A stretch of 64,000 nucleotides of DNA, from contig MU057632.1 in the NCBI GenBank assembly GCA_013265495.1, forward strand, positions 976,054-1,040,053. Reading direction: 5' to 3'. Shown here piece after piece: positions 24,651-37,900 of this stretch (the first letter of the stretch is position 1; every line of letters starts with the position of its first letter). The position numbers and the translations under genes are program-made. The notes under the pieces were generated by a model, which made no database searches, was not told where the DNA came from, and saw only the letters and a list, made by a program, of their open reading frames with translations. The stretch comes from Vicugna vicugna. Lineage: Eukaryota.

Positions 24651-25739
24651 AAACACATAAATGCTGCAGACCCCATTCCCTGATCATTCACACACAGCTG
24701 CTAGTTATTTTTTGGCCAGTGCATGGAAAGGGAACCAGCTTGCAAGGGAGTAGGGTCGTGTCCTATGAGACAAGAAAACGTAGTAACAAGAACAACATCA
24801 TTTAAAATGTGTTAGTAAAACAGACATCACAAACACCCCAAGGAAAACTTCATCAAACCCTAATGTTGAGATGTCACATAGCAAAGAAGAGTTGGCCCTC
24901 ACCCCCTCAGATTTTTAATAGATAAGCTCTCTTCCTGCAGTTCAAGTCATTAAGACAAAAATGTTACTTTGGATACTCTCTGAAATATATTTAAATAGTT
25001 TTTTTTTTAAGATTGCATGTTATACTACTTTCTTAGGAAGCCAGATACATTTTCAAAGCCTCTCTGAATTATCCAAAACTGAATAAAAATCTCACAGGAC
25101 TGGCTGACATCAGTACATAAAAAGAGGGATTAATGTAAAGGAAAAGAGTGTGTCTACATGTGCACATACACATGCCTACACGTGAAGTTAGTCGACGTGC
25201 TCTAGAAAAGTACGCTAGAGGCTATTTGTACCATCTGTAAGGTGAGCAGGGCAGTAAGCAACACCTGGCATGATCATGTGGCCACAGTGACAAACAGGCT
25301 TTCAAGGAGGAAGGGGTGTTAAGAGTTAAAGATACACATCATTATTAATAAAATGAATTCTATCTTTTCAATGTCTAAAAGAAACTTCTAAAATTAAAGG
25401 TGACATTTAAATTATTAATTTGGTTGGCAAAATCATGAGTGAACAAATTAAGGTGAGACAATAAAATGGTCTTTTACCTAACTACCTACCCAGCCAGAGT
25501 TACATAAAAGGTAAAATTCTTAGGTTCCAAAGCTACATCCAAGTAGTCCTGGATTTACAGTAAACTGCTGTGGGGCAGCATTGTTAAAGTTGTAAATAAG
25601 AACCACACACACACACAAAAAAAACCGAGTCAGCTCAGCTAACTTTTAAAAATATGATTGAAACAAAATTATTATTTGATGGGATGAGTGCATTAAAGTA
25701 ATAACAAAAATAAAGAATGGGTCAGGGGAAATTGGGAAC

Positions 25740-25878
25740 TTTTTTTTTGGAAGGAGGAGGTAATTAGGTTAACTACTTAATTGATTATTTTAACGGAGGC
25801 ACTGGGAATTGAACCCAGGACCTGGTGCATGCTAAGCATCTGCTCTGCCACTGAGCTATATATATCCTCCCGCACCCC
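25740..25878 (-). mobile_element. vic-1-type tRNA-Ala-derived camelid SINE
   Basis: Reverse complement reads 'tatagctcagtggcagagcagatgcttagcatgcaccaggtcctgggttcaattcccagtgcctcc', then an AT tail, 'cctaattacctcc' and poly-A. Confidence 0.9.
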
Positions 25879-27569
25879 AAGAACATTTATTAAATTTACT
25901 CTAGCTTCCCAGGATATGTTTGAAGATTAGGTGCAGTGTACGTCATTGATGTTCTTTGCATGGTAGATCTTGCCGCTTACTGAAACAGCCCATCTCAAAA
26001 GTACCTGTGTACTTCATATAGTAATAGTAATAATAATAATAACATATTAAAAAGTACAACTCTTATTTTGAAAATATTACCAATCACTTCTGAATATGCT
26101 AGCCAAGAGCTCTACATTTGTTTGAGAAATTCTCTAACTTGACTCCAGGTGTATCTCTCAGGCTTAATACTTCTGATCTGCAAAACACTGGTACTGGTGT
26201 ACATGCAAGGGTTCCAAATCTAGACAAGGATCTCCTAACACCACATTATCGTCACATTGCCCTGAAAAGTCAGATTATGATTCATTAAATCCTCTTATTC
26301 CTCTTACTTTACTCCAATTAACAGACTGTCAGAAACAGGAACTGGACACTAGGACCATCTTCACTAGTTCTTCCAACATAATAACCATGTGAAAGGGAAG
26401 ACGAGGCAGGGGAAGAGAATATAGTTTGGAGAGCTGCAGAAATAATCTAGTTCCACTCTTAAATCTGCAGATGAAAAGTTAAAATTCATGGGTATTAAGC
26501 ACCTTCTATCTCATATCACAGAGCCCGTCAGTAGGAAGTCCAAAACGCCATGTAGAAAGACCCCTGGCATTTGCATTCAATGCCATGTGCTATGAGCCAA
26601 GCTAATCTGCAGTCTCTGTGAGTATGAAGTTACACACTTTGGCTTATAATCTTTGGTTATAGAAAAAAAAAACTGAAAAAATATGAGGGGAAGAATGGTG
26701 GTGATTTGTACGAGTCAGTATTTCCTTTCTTATCAGCGGGTTCAGTAAGTTTGCCTACCAAAGAATGTCTTGTTAGTTATACCAGTTCCTTAAGGTATTG
26801 TGAATGCTTTGAGCCATTGCACGTACACTAAATCTACTTGACAAATACACATTGGGTTAAAACTTCATTTGGACTATTAAAGTTAATCATAATCCACTGA
26901 TATTTTTGAATGTAACTTAAAAGTGCAAACTCACAACTCTTTTCAAGTCACAGACCCAGTTAGAGTGCCTGATACAAAGATGGATCTTTTAAACTCCGTC
27001 AGAGCCTGCATTACAAGGGGTCCCAGTGCCCGGCGGGCAGAAGCACTTTGGGGGCAGTTAGTAAAGGGGATATTTTTCTGAACAGTAAGGCAGCATTTTA
27101 GTATTTTACCGATGTGGCTGACTTGCAAATGAAGCCATAAGCCCTGGTGAATACTCTGCTGGGTATATCGTTTTTATCCCACTGAAACATCAATATACTT
27201 TGACCAAACCATTTGCACTTTCTTCAAGTGGTCAAAATGGACACCAGGTAAACAGGAAGATCCACTTTAGAAAAAAGTTAATTTTCTCTCTGAATTTGAA
27301 AGATTAAGAGAACTGTGCCTTAATTTTTTTTTGCCTTTCTTTGCTAAAAAGTATGCGAATCATTGCATTGCCTTCTACGTGACCTACACTGACAATAGCA
27401 TCATGTTTAACAATAGACATTAGTCTACAATGTATTGACATTTCATCCTGTTGGAAAGCACTTCACGGACGGTGATTTCTGGGGGAAAAAAACAATTATA
27501 AACAAAACAGCTTTCCTAAGCCATGTTGAAACTGTTTGGAAAAGTCAAATCAAGATTATTTGCCTGTTC

Positions 27570-27854
27570 ACAGAAAACAAACTTAGAGTTACCAAAGGGG
27601 AAAGTGGGGGATAAAGTAGGAGTCTAGGATTAGCAGATAAAAGCTACTGTATATAAGATCGATAGACTTAGTCCTTCTGTAGAGCACAGGGAACTACATT
27701 CAATACCTTGTAGTAACCTATAATGAAAAAGAACATGAAAAAGAATATATGTATGTCTGTGTATATATATAACTGAACCACTGTGCTGTACACCAGAGAC
27801 TAACACAACATTATAAATCAACCATACTTCAATTTTAAAAAAAGGGAATAAAAA
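27570..27854 (+). mobile_element. L1 3' end (camelid type)
   Basis: 'acagaaaacaaacttagagttaccaaaggggaaag...gcacagggaactacattcaatacc...taaatcaaccatacttcaatt' plus A tail. Candidate TSD aagattattt at 27552-27561 and 27855-27864. Confidence 0.9.
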
Positions 27855-29831
27855 AAGATTATTTATTGAACTCTTGGTGAAATGCTATTTCAATATTTGT
27901 TTTAGAATATCACTGCTAATTAAAAGAAACCATTATTTCAATTTATAAAATGCAAATATATTAGGAGACACCTAGGAGACAGACAGGACTTAAAACAATC
28001 ATTGCGTAAGAATTCTCTTACAGCCCAGCCAGCTCCAGGCAATGGGGAGGCACCTCACTATAGCAGCTTGAAGAAATCCCGACACAAAGGACGTCAGACC
28101 TCACTCTGCCTCATTCCCAGGAGGTCCCCACAAAACCCAGAACCGTAAGGGATGCTCTTTATTTCCAGTGAGGAAATAGCTGTGCCCTGAATGTGGTTCC
28201 TTTGAGGAACAAAACGTAAAGTCTGGCCTCTTCCAACGCCACCTCCCCCACACAGCTGCTGACCAGCCCACACCGGACCTCCATGCTCTCCCCTTGGAGA
28301 GCCCTGATTAATAAACACTCCAGGAAACACTTCTCTTAAATCCCTGTTTTTCCTGTTTCAACATCAGCTTCTAAATGTACAAAATTTCAACTGGAATTTA
28401 TCAATTCCAGGTATGGAAGCCCCATCATGTCCTTAAAGTGATGTGAGCATTTGAAAGATAGTCTTATCTTTAAAGATGATACTGAATCCTGAAAAACCAG
28501 CTTCCCAAAGGTTGTAGGTACTGTCCCTTTCATGGTTCTGATGTCACAGTGGCTACGAGTCACCACAGCTCATCAAAGCCCATCGGAAAAGAGACTTCCT
28601 ATTCATTTGTAGAACCATCTTTGTAACACCACTGTGGTTCCTGTACTCAGGTTGCTGGTATCTCTCACTTAACCTTCCTTCCTGGAGATTCCCGTTGTGT
28701 CTCTTTGGAAATAGGGAGGGGAGAAGTTAATATTTGGTTTGCTTGTTTGTTCAACAGAGAACTGAGTCGAAACTCATTCTCTCCATGTCCCAGAAGAGGC
28801 TGGGATCATACTGTGACATCAGTAACAGAAGAAGCTCCTCTATTATGGGCATTTCTTAAGAGATGAGCATCTCTGGTTACCATTCGGAACACGGACAGAT
28901 GTTGGATGATGCCAAGAGCTGAAGATAACCAGTTGGAGACGTGGCTCCTATCAACACCGTGGAACAGTGTCATCTTATGGGAGGCAACTGAGGTCTCTCA
29001 AACTGACCAACAACAGAAAAGCTGGGGTGAAAATGTTTCCTCCCTAAGAAAATAAGAATGGAAAAAAGGCCTGCTGCTAACCTGCCAGAGCATTGCCTTA
29101 AAATGCAATGGTCACACAGGTTTTGTTAATATGCTGTGTAAATAGGTAACTGCGCTGGTTTATTTTAACTCTTGGGGTTCTTTTCCTCGAACGCTGGAAC
29201 AAACTAAACGCTGTGCTTTCGAACGTCAAAAGGCCTGGATTACATTTCTGGTGATGAGAATACCAAGGCGTTTTTAGAATCCCCAGCTCTTTTTTTATGC
29301 CTGCTTATCCACGCCCCCAAATGCCACCAAATCCTGACAGTGACTTCCTTCTCCCAATGCCACCTGCTCCCCGAATACCCGCCCACGGGCTGCTAAAATC
29401 CTCTTGTCACCTCATTCACATGCCAACACGGAATCCTGCCTGCTGTCCCCACCACCTAACCTCCAAAACCGCCTTGGGAATAAGGAAACAAATCTACATC
29501 ACTCAGATCCCAGAGGGGCTTCTGATGGCCCAGGGTGACGTCCGGGCCCGGAAGCTGGGAAGTACTTCATCACCTGAACATGCCACTTCGTGCACGAGTC
29601 ACAGCTGTGGTTTCAGGCCCCAACATGATGCTTATTCCGAGGCATCGTTGCTAGGAGAAAGTTCAGGCTAAGATGGATTTATTGATCTAAAAGCAGACGT
29701 GGAGGCTATGCCATCCCCCATTAGAAATCCCCATGCCGCCCACTTCCATCTTTAGGCGGAGAAAAGCTTTTAATGTGAGTGACACCTTCAGATGGTTTCA
29801 GTCTGTTTCAAACTACAAGATGCAATGCTTT

Positions 29832-29978
29832 ATTTAAATTAATTTTGAAAGCTTTTTTTTGGAGGGGGGAGGTAATTAAGTATTTATTATTTAAATAGAG
29901 GTGCTGGGGATTGAACCTAGGACCTTGTGCATGCTAAGCACACGCTCTACCACTGAGTTGTCCACACCCCGCCCCCCA
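29832..29978 (-). mobile_element. vic-1-type camelid SINE
   Basis: Antisense tRNA-Ala head 'gaggtgctggggattgaacctaggaccttgtgcatgctaagcacacgctctaccactgag'. TSD caatgcttt at 29823-29831 and 29979-29987. Confidence 0.9.
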
Positions 29979-30858
29979 CAATGCTTTGTGAAGAATGCAC
30001 CTAGATATTCTCCTACTCTTTAAACAATGATCTAACTACTATATGTCAGGCACTGTGTTAAAGATGGGATCACTTCTAAGGTGGAGATTATAATGTACTC
30101 GGATGCCCAGCTATCAGGTGATAGCATTTCCCAAGGTTCTACGGGATTTCTTTCGGTGGCAGACTCACATGGCCGAGGCTGGAAGGAGACTGGATTGTTC
30201 TGTGGGCTCTCCTGTAAGTCGCCCACAGAGCTCGATGTCAGGAATTATGCTTGTTTGTCTTTGCATCTCTGCATCTAGCCTAGTCCATCGTCCTCTATCC
30301 ACGCATGCTCAGTGAACGCATGGATACACTCAGGAACGCACAAATGAACACACAAAAAGATCTGTGAGCAAGAGACTGGGTAGGATTTCCCTTAACAGAC
30401 AGGCTTGGCATCCCTGCACACCAAGGACCTGTTCTTTTTCTCTGCTGTTCGCTTTGACTGCTCTCTGTCACCAACCTTGCAGAAAGGAAGGGAACTGTTA
30501 TCTAGATCAAACTCTTCCATCGACAAGTCATCAGTCTGCCTTCCTCAATGTGAACTTGGGACTTCACTGTCTGAAACTCCTTCTGACGTTCTGGCGCGGA
30601 CCATGGGTCTCACGGAGGACCAGGAACACGAATCCCCTCAGTCTTCGCCATAGCTATGCGACGAGACCAACACGAAGGAAATTCACCTGGAACTTGTTGC
30701 CATAGGTTGTTAGTAGGATTTTGTGAATTTGAGGATTTCTGGAGCACAAATGCAAGCTCTTCTTTGCCTTTTAGTATATTACATTGGGCTTGAACCTACA
30801 GAATACCAGCTCTCTCCTTGTTTAGCTAACTTTAAAGGAGATGAAGTCTTGCTTTGTT

Positions 30859-30896
30859 AAAAAACAAACAAACAAACAAACAAACAAACAAAAAAC
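30859..30896. repeat. (AAAC)n microsatellite
   Basis: About 7 perfect AAAC units flanked by A runs. Confidence 0.95.
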
Positions 30897-31362
30897 CTTT
30901 TCTACCCGGAAGTATTACTTGGTTTTTTCCTACCCCAAAGTATTATTGAGCTAAATTTAATCAGTTTCCCCCATGGCTGTTCTGGAATTGAACACACCGC
31001 ATCTACTAAATTTGAAAGTGCATCTCAAACTTTTCTGGTTATCAGCCTCCAATTGGAATTATCAGAACTAAAGTGGGACGCTACTCTTTCTCAGCTTCCC
31101 ATGAGTGAATAACTGAGCCTCTTGGGAAGTCAGTGGAGGAGCCTGAATGCTTAAAACGGGTGTATTTGAATCTCTAAAAGGATTGTATGACCTCACGAAT
31201 TCAAATACTAATTCCCTACGAGGGGCACATTTTTCTAATTAATCTTAAAATGGTAAAAGAAAACTTGAGCCAAATCTCAGATGTGGTATCACTGAAGGCA
31301 GTGGGGGAGGAACTGGACATTCCTCTTTGGTTGGCGAAAGTGGAGGAAGGGGGACCATCACC

Positions 31363-31584
31363 TTTTTTTTAATTGAAATATAGTCGGTTTACAATGTTGT
31401 GTTAATTTCAGATGTATAGCATATCGATTCAGTTATACATAAATATGTATTTAATTTCATATTCTTTTTCATTGTAGGCTATTACAAGGTATTGAATATA
31501 GTTCCGTGGGCTACACAGTAGAACATTGCTGTTTATCTATTTTATATATACTAGTGTCTGCAACCCCCAACTCCCAATTTATCC
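31363..31584 (-). mobile_element. L1 3' end (camelid type)
   Basis: 'tttttttaattgaaatatagtcggtttacaatgttgtgttaatttcag...ctcccaatttatcc'. Confidence 0.9.
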
Positions 31585-31787
31585 TTATTCAAGCAACAAC
31601 TTATGAAATGCTGAATGTTATACCCTTGAATCTTTAATAAAATCACTAAAAATCTGTATCTAAAAATTAAAGCTTTCTTTTTTTAATCACATTCTTAATC
31701 ACATCTACTCTGAAAGAGGTTGGGACATTAACCTCACCATTTGTAAGTATCTGACCTGTTGACAGTGCCCAGGACAATAACAAGACT

Positions 31788-31975
31788 ATAATAAGTAACC
31801 CTATTAGACCCTGACCCGTGTCAGGGGCTGTCAGGCATTCTTTGCAGATGCTCTCATGTAAGTTGTGCCACAGTCTTAGTTGTGGCTATCATTACCCCAC
31901 CTGCTTTGTACAGACAAAGACACTGAGGCACACAGAGGTTACCTGGCTAAAGTTAAACCGCAGGTTGATGGTGGG
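31788..31975 (-). mobile_element. MIR SINE
   Basis: 'ataataagtaacc...gtgtcagg...tatcattacccca...tttgtacagacaaagacactgaggcacacagaggtta'. Confidence 0.7.
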
Positions 31976-32633
31976 GCTCTTGGCTCTTAACAACTGGCCA
32001 TGGATGAGTGGTTGGATATAGTAACTAGTTAGTGTTATTGGAAGTTGTTAGTTACAATTGATAATACCTAAGCCAATGCATTTAAAAAAGATATTATATT
32101 CAATTAATTTCTTCCTAATATTAATGACTTAATAATGCATCTTAATTGCCTTGTGGAAGAAAAAGCATATGCCCTCATATTTATACACCACTTAGCATAG
32201 CACCAAAAGCTACAGGACTTGAGATCAGTTTCAGCCTATTAACTTATTAACTTGTTAACTTATTAATAAGTCTCTTAGCATTAAAAGCTGTAGCCCTATT
32301 CCTTAACAATACAAAGATTTCTAACAAAGTGATCTTTAATATTCCTTGAGCTCCAAATTCCTAGAATTCAGTAATCTCCTGATGTTTGCTTTATCTAATA
32401 ATGAAGAACAATTTCACAGAAGGAGTTTGCTAATTATAAAGGCATATCTTTAAAACCTGAGTGAGGGTCAAACACTTGTTTAAGGAAAAAGTAATCTCTG
32501 AGAGCTGACAAAAATATTCCCACAGTCACCCATCCTGAGAAACAATGATTCAAAAAACTCAAGTCTTGTCCTATGAAAATGTCTTTTAATTGTAAATCAT
32601 CTCTGAAAAAGAGGAAACAATTTTTATTACTAA

Positions 32634-32862
32634 CAGAGTTGCCAGATTTAGCAAATCTAGAGATTACCCATTTACATTGGAATTTTAGAGAAACAGTGAA
32701 TAACCTTTATGTCCTATTGAGGGACATGAATTATAATATAAGTATGTACTGTACTAAAATTTTTAGGGATGTACTAAAATCTAGGGACATACCAACAGAC
32801 TATTTATTGTTTATCTGAAATTTAAATTGAACTGGGCCCCTGTATGTTATCTGGGAACTCTG
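32634..32862. mobile_element. MER53-like palindromic hAT MITE
   Basis: TIRs cagagttgccagat (32634) and atctgggaactctg (ends 32862) are 13/14 complementary. Internal 'tatttattgtttatctgaaatttaaattgaactggg'. The centre carries a local duplication of 'gtactaaaat..taggga'. Confidence 0.8.
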
Positions 32863-33153
32863 CTGGTAAATGACTCGCTCAACTGATGGGAAAACATGAA
32901 AGACAATAATTGCAGATTACGCACTGCTGAGTGCACATCTGAGAAATGCTAGCCGAAGGTATCCATTTCTTTTCCCCATTCCTCAAATTTTGTGCCTACC
33001 CAATACCAAATTATCATTTATTTAGAGAAAGACCAAATTGGGTGACAAATAAGCTGTGAATCTGGTAGGTGAGGTAAAAAGCACCAACCTGGAAAAAGTA
33101 AGAGCCAGTTTGCAAGAAATAGAGAGTTAGATCAGCCTGGAATGTTCTCCTCC

Positions 33154-33860
33154 TTTTTAATTTTTTTTAAAATTGAGGTATAGTTGATGAACAACATTAT
33201 ATGTTACAGGTTTACAACACAGTGGTTCACAATTTGTAAAGAATAACTCCATTTAGAGTTATTCTAAAATATTCGCTATATTCCCCATGTTGTGCAGTAT
33301 ACCCATGAAGCTCATTTTATACATAATCGTTAGTGCCTCTTAATCCCCTAGCCCTATCTTGCCTCTCCCCCTTCCCTCTCCCCACTGGTAACCACTACTT
33401 TGCTCTCTATATCTGTAGTCTGCTGCTTTTTAGTTATATTCACCAGTTCGTTGTATTTTTTAGATTCCACATATACATTATATCATACAGTATTTGTCTT
33501 TCTTTGTCTGACTTACTTCACTTAGAATAATGCCCTCCAGGTCCAGATATGTTGCTGCAAATGGCAACATTTCATTATTTTTTATGGCTGGGTAGTATTC
33601 CATTCCACATCTTCTTTATCCATTCATCTGTTGATGGACACTTAAATTGTTTCCACGTCTTGGCTATTGTAAATAATGCTCCTATGAACATTAGGGTGCA
33701 TGTATCTTTTTGAATTAGTGTTTGCTTTATTTGGATACACACCCAGGAGTGGGTTTGCTGAGTCATATGGTAGTTCTACTTTTAGTTTATTGAGGAACCT
33801 CCATACTGTTTTCCACATTGGTAGCTGTACCAATTTACATTCCCACCAACAGTGTAGCAG
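33154..33860 (-). mobile_element. L1 3' fragment (ORF2 C-terminus and 3'UTR)
   Basis: ORF remnants '[12 protein letters not shown]...[28 protein letters not shown]' and '[37 protein letters not shown]'. Degenerate TSD atgttctcctcctt / atgtgcttttcctt. Confidence 0.95.
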
Positions 33861-34824
33861 GATGTGCTTTTCCTTCGTTACTTCCTGGAAGATGCCCATT
33901 TACCCCTTAGGACCCGAACACTGTGTCTCTCTGGAAATCTTTCATAGCCTTTTTTCACCCCTTCTGCATATATCCCCACAGCCTGGTCAGTGGCTGTTCT
34001 TGAGGTCTCCATAGTACTTTTTATTTACCCCATGATACACCTACATAGCTAGTGTCATATTATCAGATTGAGCTGGGAATCAGCAAATCTGTTTTCTCCT
34101 AAAAGGCAAATAGGATTGGAGAAGAGGAACTGTGCCCCTCATGAGCACCCCCGAGACCCTTCTAAATGAATGCATGAGAATGTTAAGTGGTCATGTGAGA
34201 GAGAGGAGGGAAATAATCAAAAATACAGATCATAGGAACTCAATTACAAGATGTTTTATTCAGATTCGCCTCTTCTCTGCTCCTTCACATGATAATTTAT
34301 TTCACACATTTTATTTTTAAAAATTCTAAATTTCTTCTTAAGGAGTCAGGGTGAAATCTGACTAAAACGCAATAAAGCATTTCTACTTACAGAGGATTTA
34401 TACAAACAGAACTCCTCTTAAACAAACCCTTATGAATATATATACATCCATGATGCTCTAGGGAGATCCTGTCTTCTCTTCCCAGATACCATTTCCAGTT
34501 CAAATGAAAGAGCCCAGAACTTGAAGACAAGTCAGACTCCAAACCCACATCTATGGGTGTAATGTGAGTCCTCCAGAGAGAGCTCTGGGAGCTGGAGTTT
34601 CTTGGAGAATGTGGATATACACACATGAAACATTGAGGAAGATCATGAGTAAGTTAGAAAGTGCTCTGACTGACAAAAAGGCAGTTCTATGCTTTACTTT
34701 TAGTCTCTCATATAGCCTTCTTTCTGTTAACTCATGAGGATTTATTGTTTTTAAGACCGTAATACCCTAACACACACATACATTTCCCTGCACACATGCT
34801 TCCAAACAAACGCACATCCCTGCA

Positions 34825-34917
34825 CTCCTCCCCTCCCCCTCTTCCCTCCTTCCATCCCCCTCCCTCTTCCCCCTCTTCTCTCCCTTCCTCTCTCTACCTC
34901 CCCTCCCCTCTCCCTCT
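34825..34917. repeat. C/T-rich polypyrimidine low-complexity tract
   Basis: 93 nt containing only two purines; repeated ctcccc/ctcttcc units. Confidence 0.9.
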
Positions 34918-37900
34918 GACATAATTGTACACCTTTGCTTATGTTGTTCTGTAGACGTTGGATTTCTTCCTGCCTCCTCTCTTCCAATACACACGCATCA
35001 CTGGTCTCCAACAGGACCCTTTACAGAAGACTTCCTTGAACACACTCCTCACTGTTTTCTCTTAAAGCCAACATTTTAGACTATATTATCAAACATTTGC
35101 TTATGGATTCTAATTACTGTACACATGCTAACTTCTTTCCATCTCATTGTTATAACTTCAGAGGAGAAGCCTTTCTCTTCTATTCTGCTTTTTTCTCTCC
35201 TTTAATAACAAAGTATATTGCTGAGTACCTAATAAATGCTCAAGTAATAAGCACTTGAGTAATAAATGACTGCGGAGGAACAAGCAGATGTTAAGGTTTA
35301 AGGATTTTGGGATTTCATCACAAATGCATTGTCTTGACCTTCAAGGCAGATTTCACCTGTGCTTAGTGATAACCAGGACATATGCTGAAGTTGGACCATC
35401 AGGCTGTAGATTTGTTTTTATTGCTTCCTGGATATTTACCATATGAAGCTTCTGCCTGTCTACTTATTTCCCCCAGATTTTAGTTTACATCAATTCAAGA
35501 GAATCTGAATTCTATAATTACTCTTCTATATTGAAGAACATTTTCTGCATTTTTAATCCCAGTTGCAAGAATAACACTTCCTTATTTAGAATCACTGGCA
35601 AATTATACTAGCTTATAGATAAATCTGCTATTCTTGGCCATCAATGAAAATACTTTGTTGGGAGGATGAGTTGGGGAACAAAGAATAGGCTGTGGGCTCT
35701 GACGGAAATATCGTTTAATCGTTTATATATTGCTAAACATATTGAGGAAGCGGTGGGACTAAAATTCCCACACTTCCACCAGCAGAAAGTGGGAGGTGAT
35801 ATCTCCCTCGTTTAGCACTTCTTTTAATGCAGCCTCAAGCTGGAATCTTGTAGGCTGTTCTTAATGCTGTTTATGGCCATCTGTGTAATTTTTGGTCACA
35901 TGGAGTGATCACAGGTAACCTAAAGGTTTGCAAGGGAAAGTTCCATCATCACAAGACATAAAGTTGCTAAAATTATCATGCCATGTCTTGTATTTTTTAC
36001 TTTACTTACTCATGTTTACTCCAACAAGCTCTTAAAGCCTTTATATGAGATTTGTTAGAAAGGAATTAATAGGTAAATAATAGAACCAAAGTTAAAAACC
36101 CACAGCAAGTATATTTAAACTGTTTCTGTGCTGTTTTACTTTCTCAACAGTAGAACAGTTAGACAAGGAGAGTTTAAACTGAATCTCCTTTCTTTGATCT
36201 ATGATCCACTTAGGTGAAAATAAGAATGGAAACAGAGGTAAATAATTTAAAGCAACATCCCTTTAATTTGGTTTTTCTACCTATAGGGTCTAGTTGTGTT
36301 TAAATAGATCATACGTATTTTGGATTCCAAGGCTTCTTTACATCATTTAAGATGTTAAGAAAAATAATTAAACCATATTAAAAATTCCATTTAAAAACTG
36401 AATCACACATTGATTGAAATAACTCAAATATAAATGAGTACTGTGTTTTTTAAAGTTCATAGTATTTTATGATTATAGAAATTATGGCCAAATATCTGCA
36501 AATGATAACCAAAAAACCCATGGAAAAATGTCATTGCAATTATAAATATTTACAGAACATGCATAACTTATACCTTTTCCATTACATTTTCATATGTTAG
36601 TTTCAAACATCCATTATGCTAATACTCACAGCAAAACAGTTAAAGTAAAAATAAAAAATCATAAGTATATTCTGTGAAAATTGCAGTCAAATTCTCTCTA
36701 GTAACTAGTAGAAGGAAGCCTTTTGGGGTCAAGTAAAATAATGTTAGTAATCCCACAACTCCATTGTCAGTTTCCTTCATTGACCACCATGGCTGCTTTC
36801 TGACTGTAAGTAAAGCCAATCTTCAGTTGGTTCCGCTGATTCAAACAGAGGGATGGACAAACAGAGGGTGAACAATACATGGATATTCACTGAATCTCTA
36901 CTTCCACATAGATTCTCCTTACAGAACCCAGATAACTCTAAAGAGTCTGTATGTTTGGTGAAAGAAATATGCATTCTGAGTACTTTTAATTCCTAGAATA
37001 TTTTGAGGAATACCCTATTTTAATACATGCAAACTCAACTAAAAATAACTGAAAATATTCATGCTTTTATTGGCCTTGTTAGGAGAGGATTTGGCAAAAA
37101 GTTGTGTTGACTCACCACCCAGATGATAATGCAGACACTGGAAAAGGAAGCTCTTCTTTTTCCATCATGTTGAAAACAGTATTGATTTAGGACAAGCCTG
37201 TCAAGTGTTATCCACTTCCATTGTTGGCTTATCTAGAAGTTTGTATAGCTTCCCCAATTATATATGAAACTCCAAATCACAAATTATATATTCAACATTC
37301 TACATAGGCACTATATGAAAATAAGATATTTCAAAGAAGTCTTTGCATGGTTAAGGTATAAGCAATCAAATAATTATATAGTTTTTAGATCAATACATTT
37401 AGTAGTTTGACAAATATATCAAAATGTTTGCTTCTTATTAAATGTCCTTTTAGAAACATTACAGTAGAAATGTTGTGGCCAAGAGATTAGGGAATTGCAC
37501 TAAGTTTCTGTTTACTAAATTGATGTTGCATGACTAGTTATTGGTGACTACTCAGCTACATTAAATAATCATTGTCCTTAACACACCCAGGTGGGATGCA
37601 GAATACGTTTTCCTTCATTTTTCAATAGTTTGATAGCCTATACAACCTGGTGTGCATTGGTTCGATTATTTAACCTTTTATTTAATCTGAATCCTAATGA
37701 CAAGTAATTTTGCATGTGTTCTTACTGAGCAAAGACAAAAACATATGGAAGTGAAAACCAGTGTCTCTGGTCCACTCATTGCCTCAACAGCAGAGCAAGA
37801 GATAAAAGTCAAGAACACTATTACTGATACTACCTTGAGCATCTATAAAATAAGTACCTCTAAATATAAATCGTGCAAAGTAAATCTGATTATCTTTGAG

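Noticed and set aside
33575..33899. ORFs with clear protein homology (also 10398-10580)
   Set aside because: Frameshifted L1 ORF2p C-terminal remnants, not host genes.
36771..36805. Strong Kozak accaccATGG followed by gtaagt on the + strand
   Set aside because: The ORF is MAAF*, the acceptor is weak and there is no supporting context.
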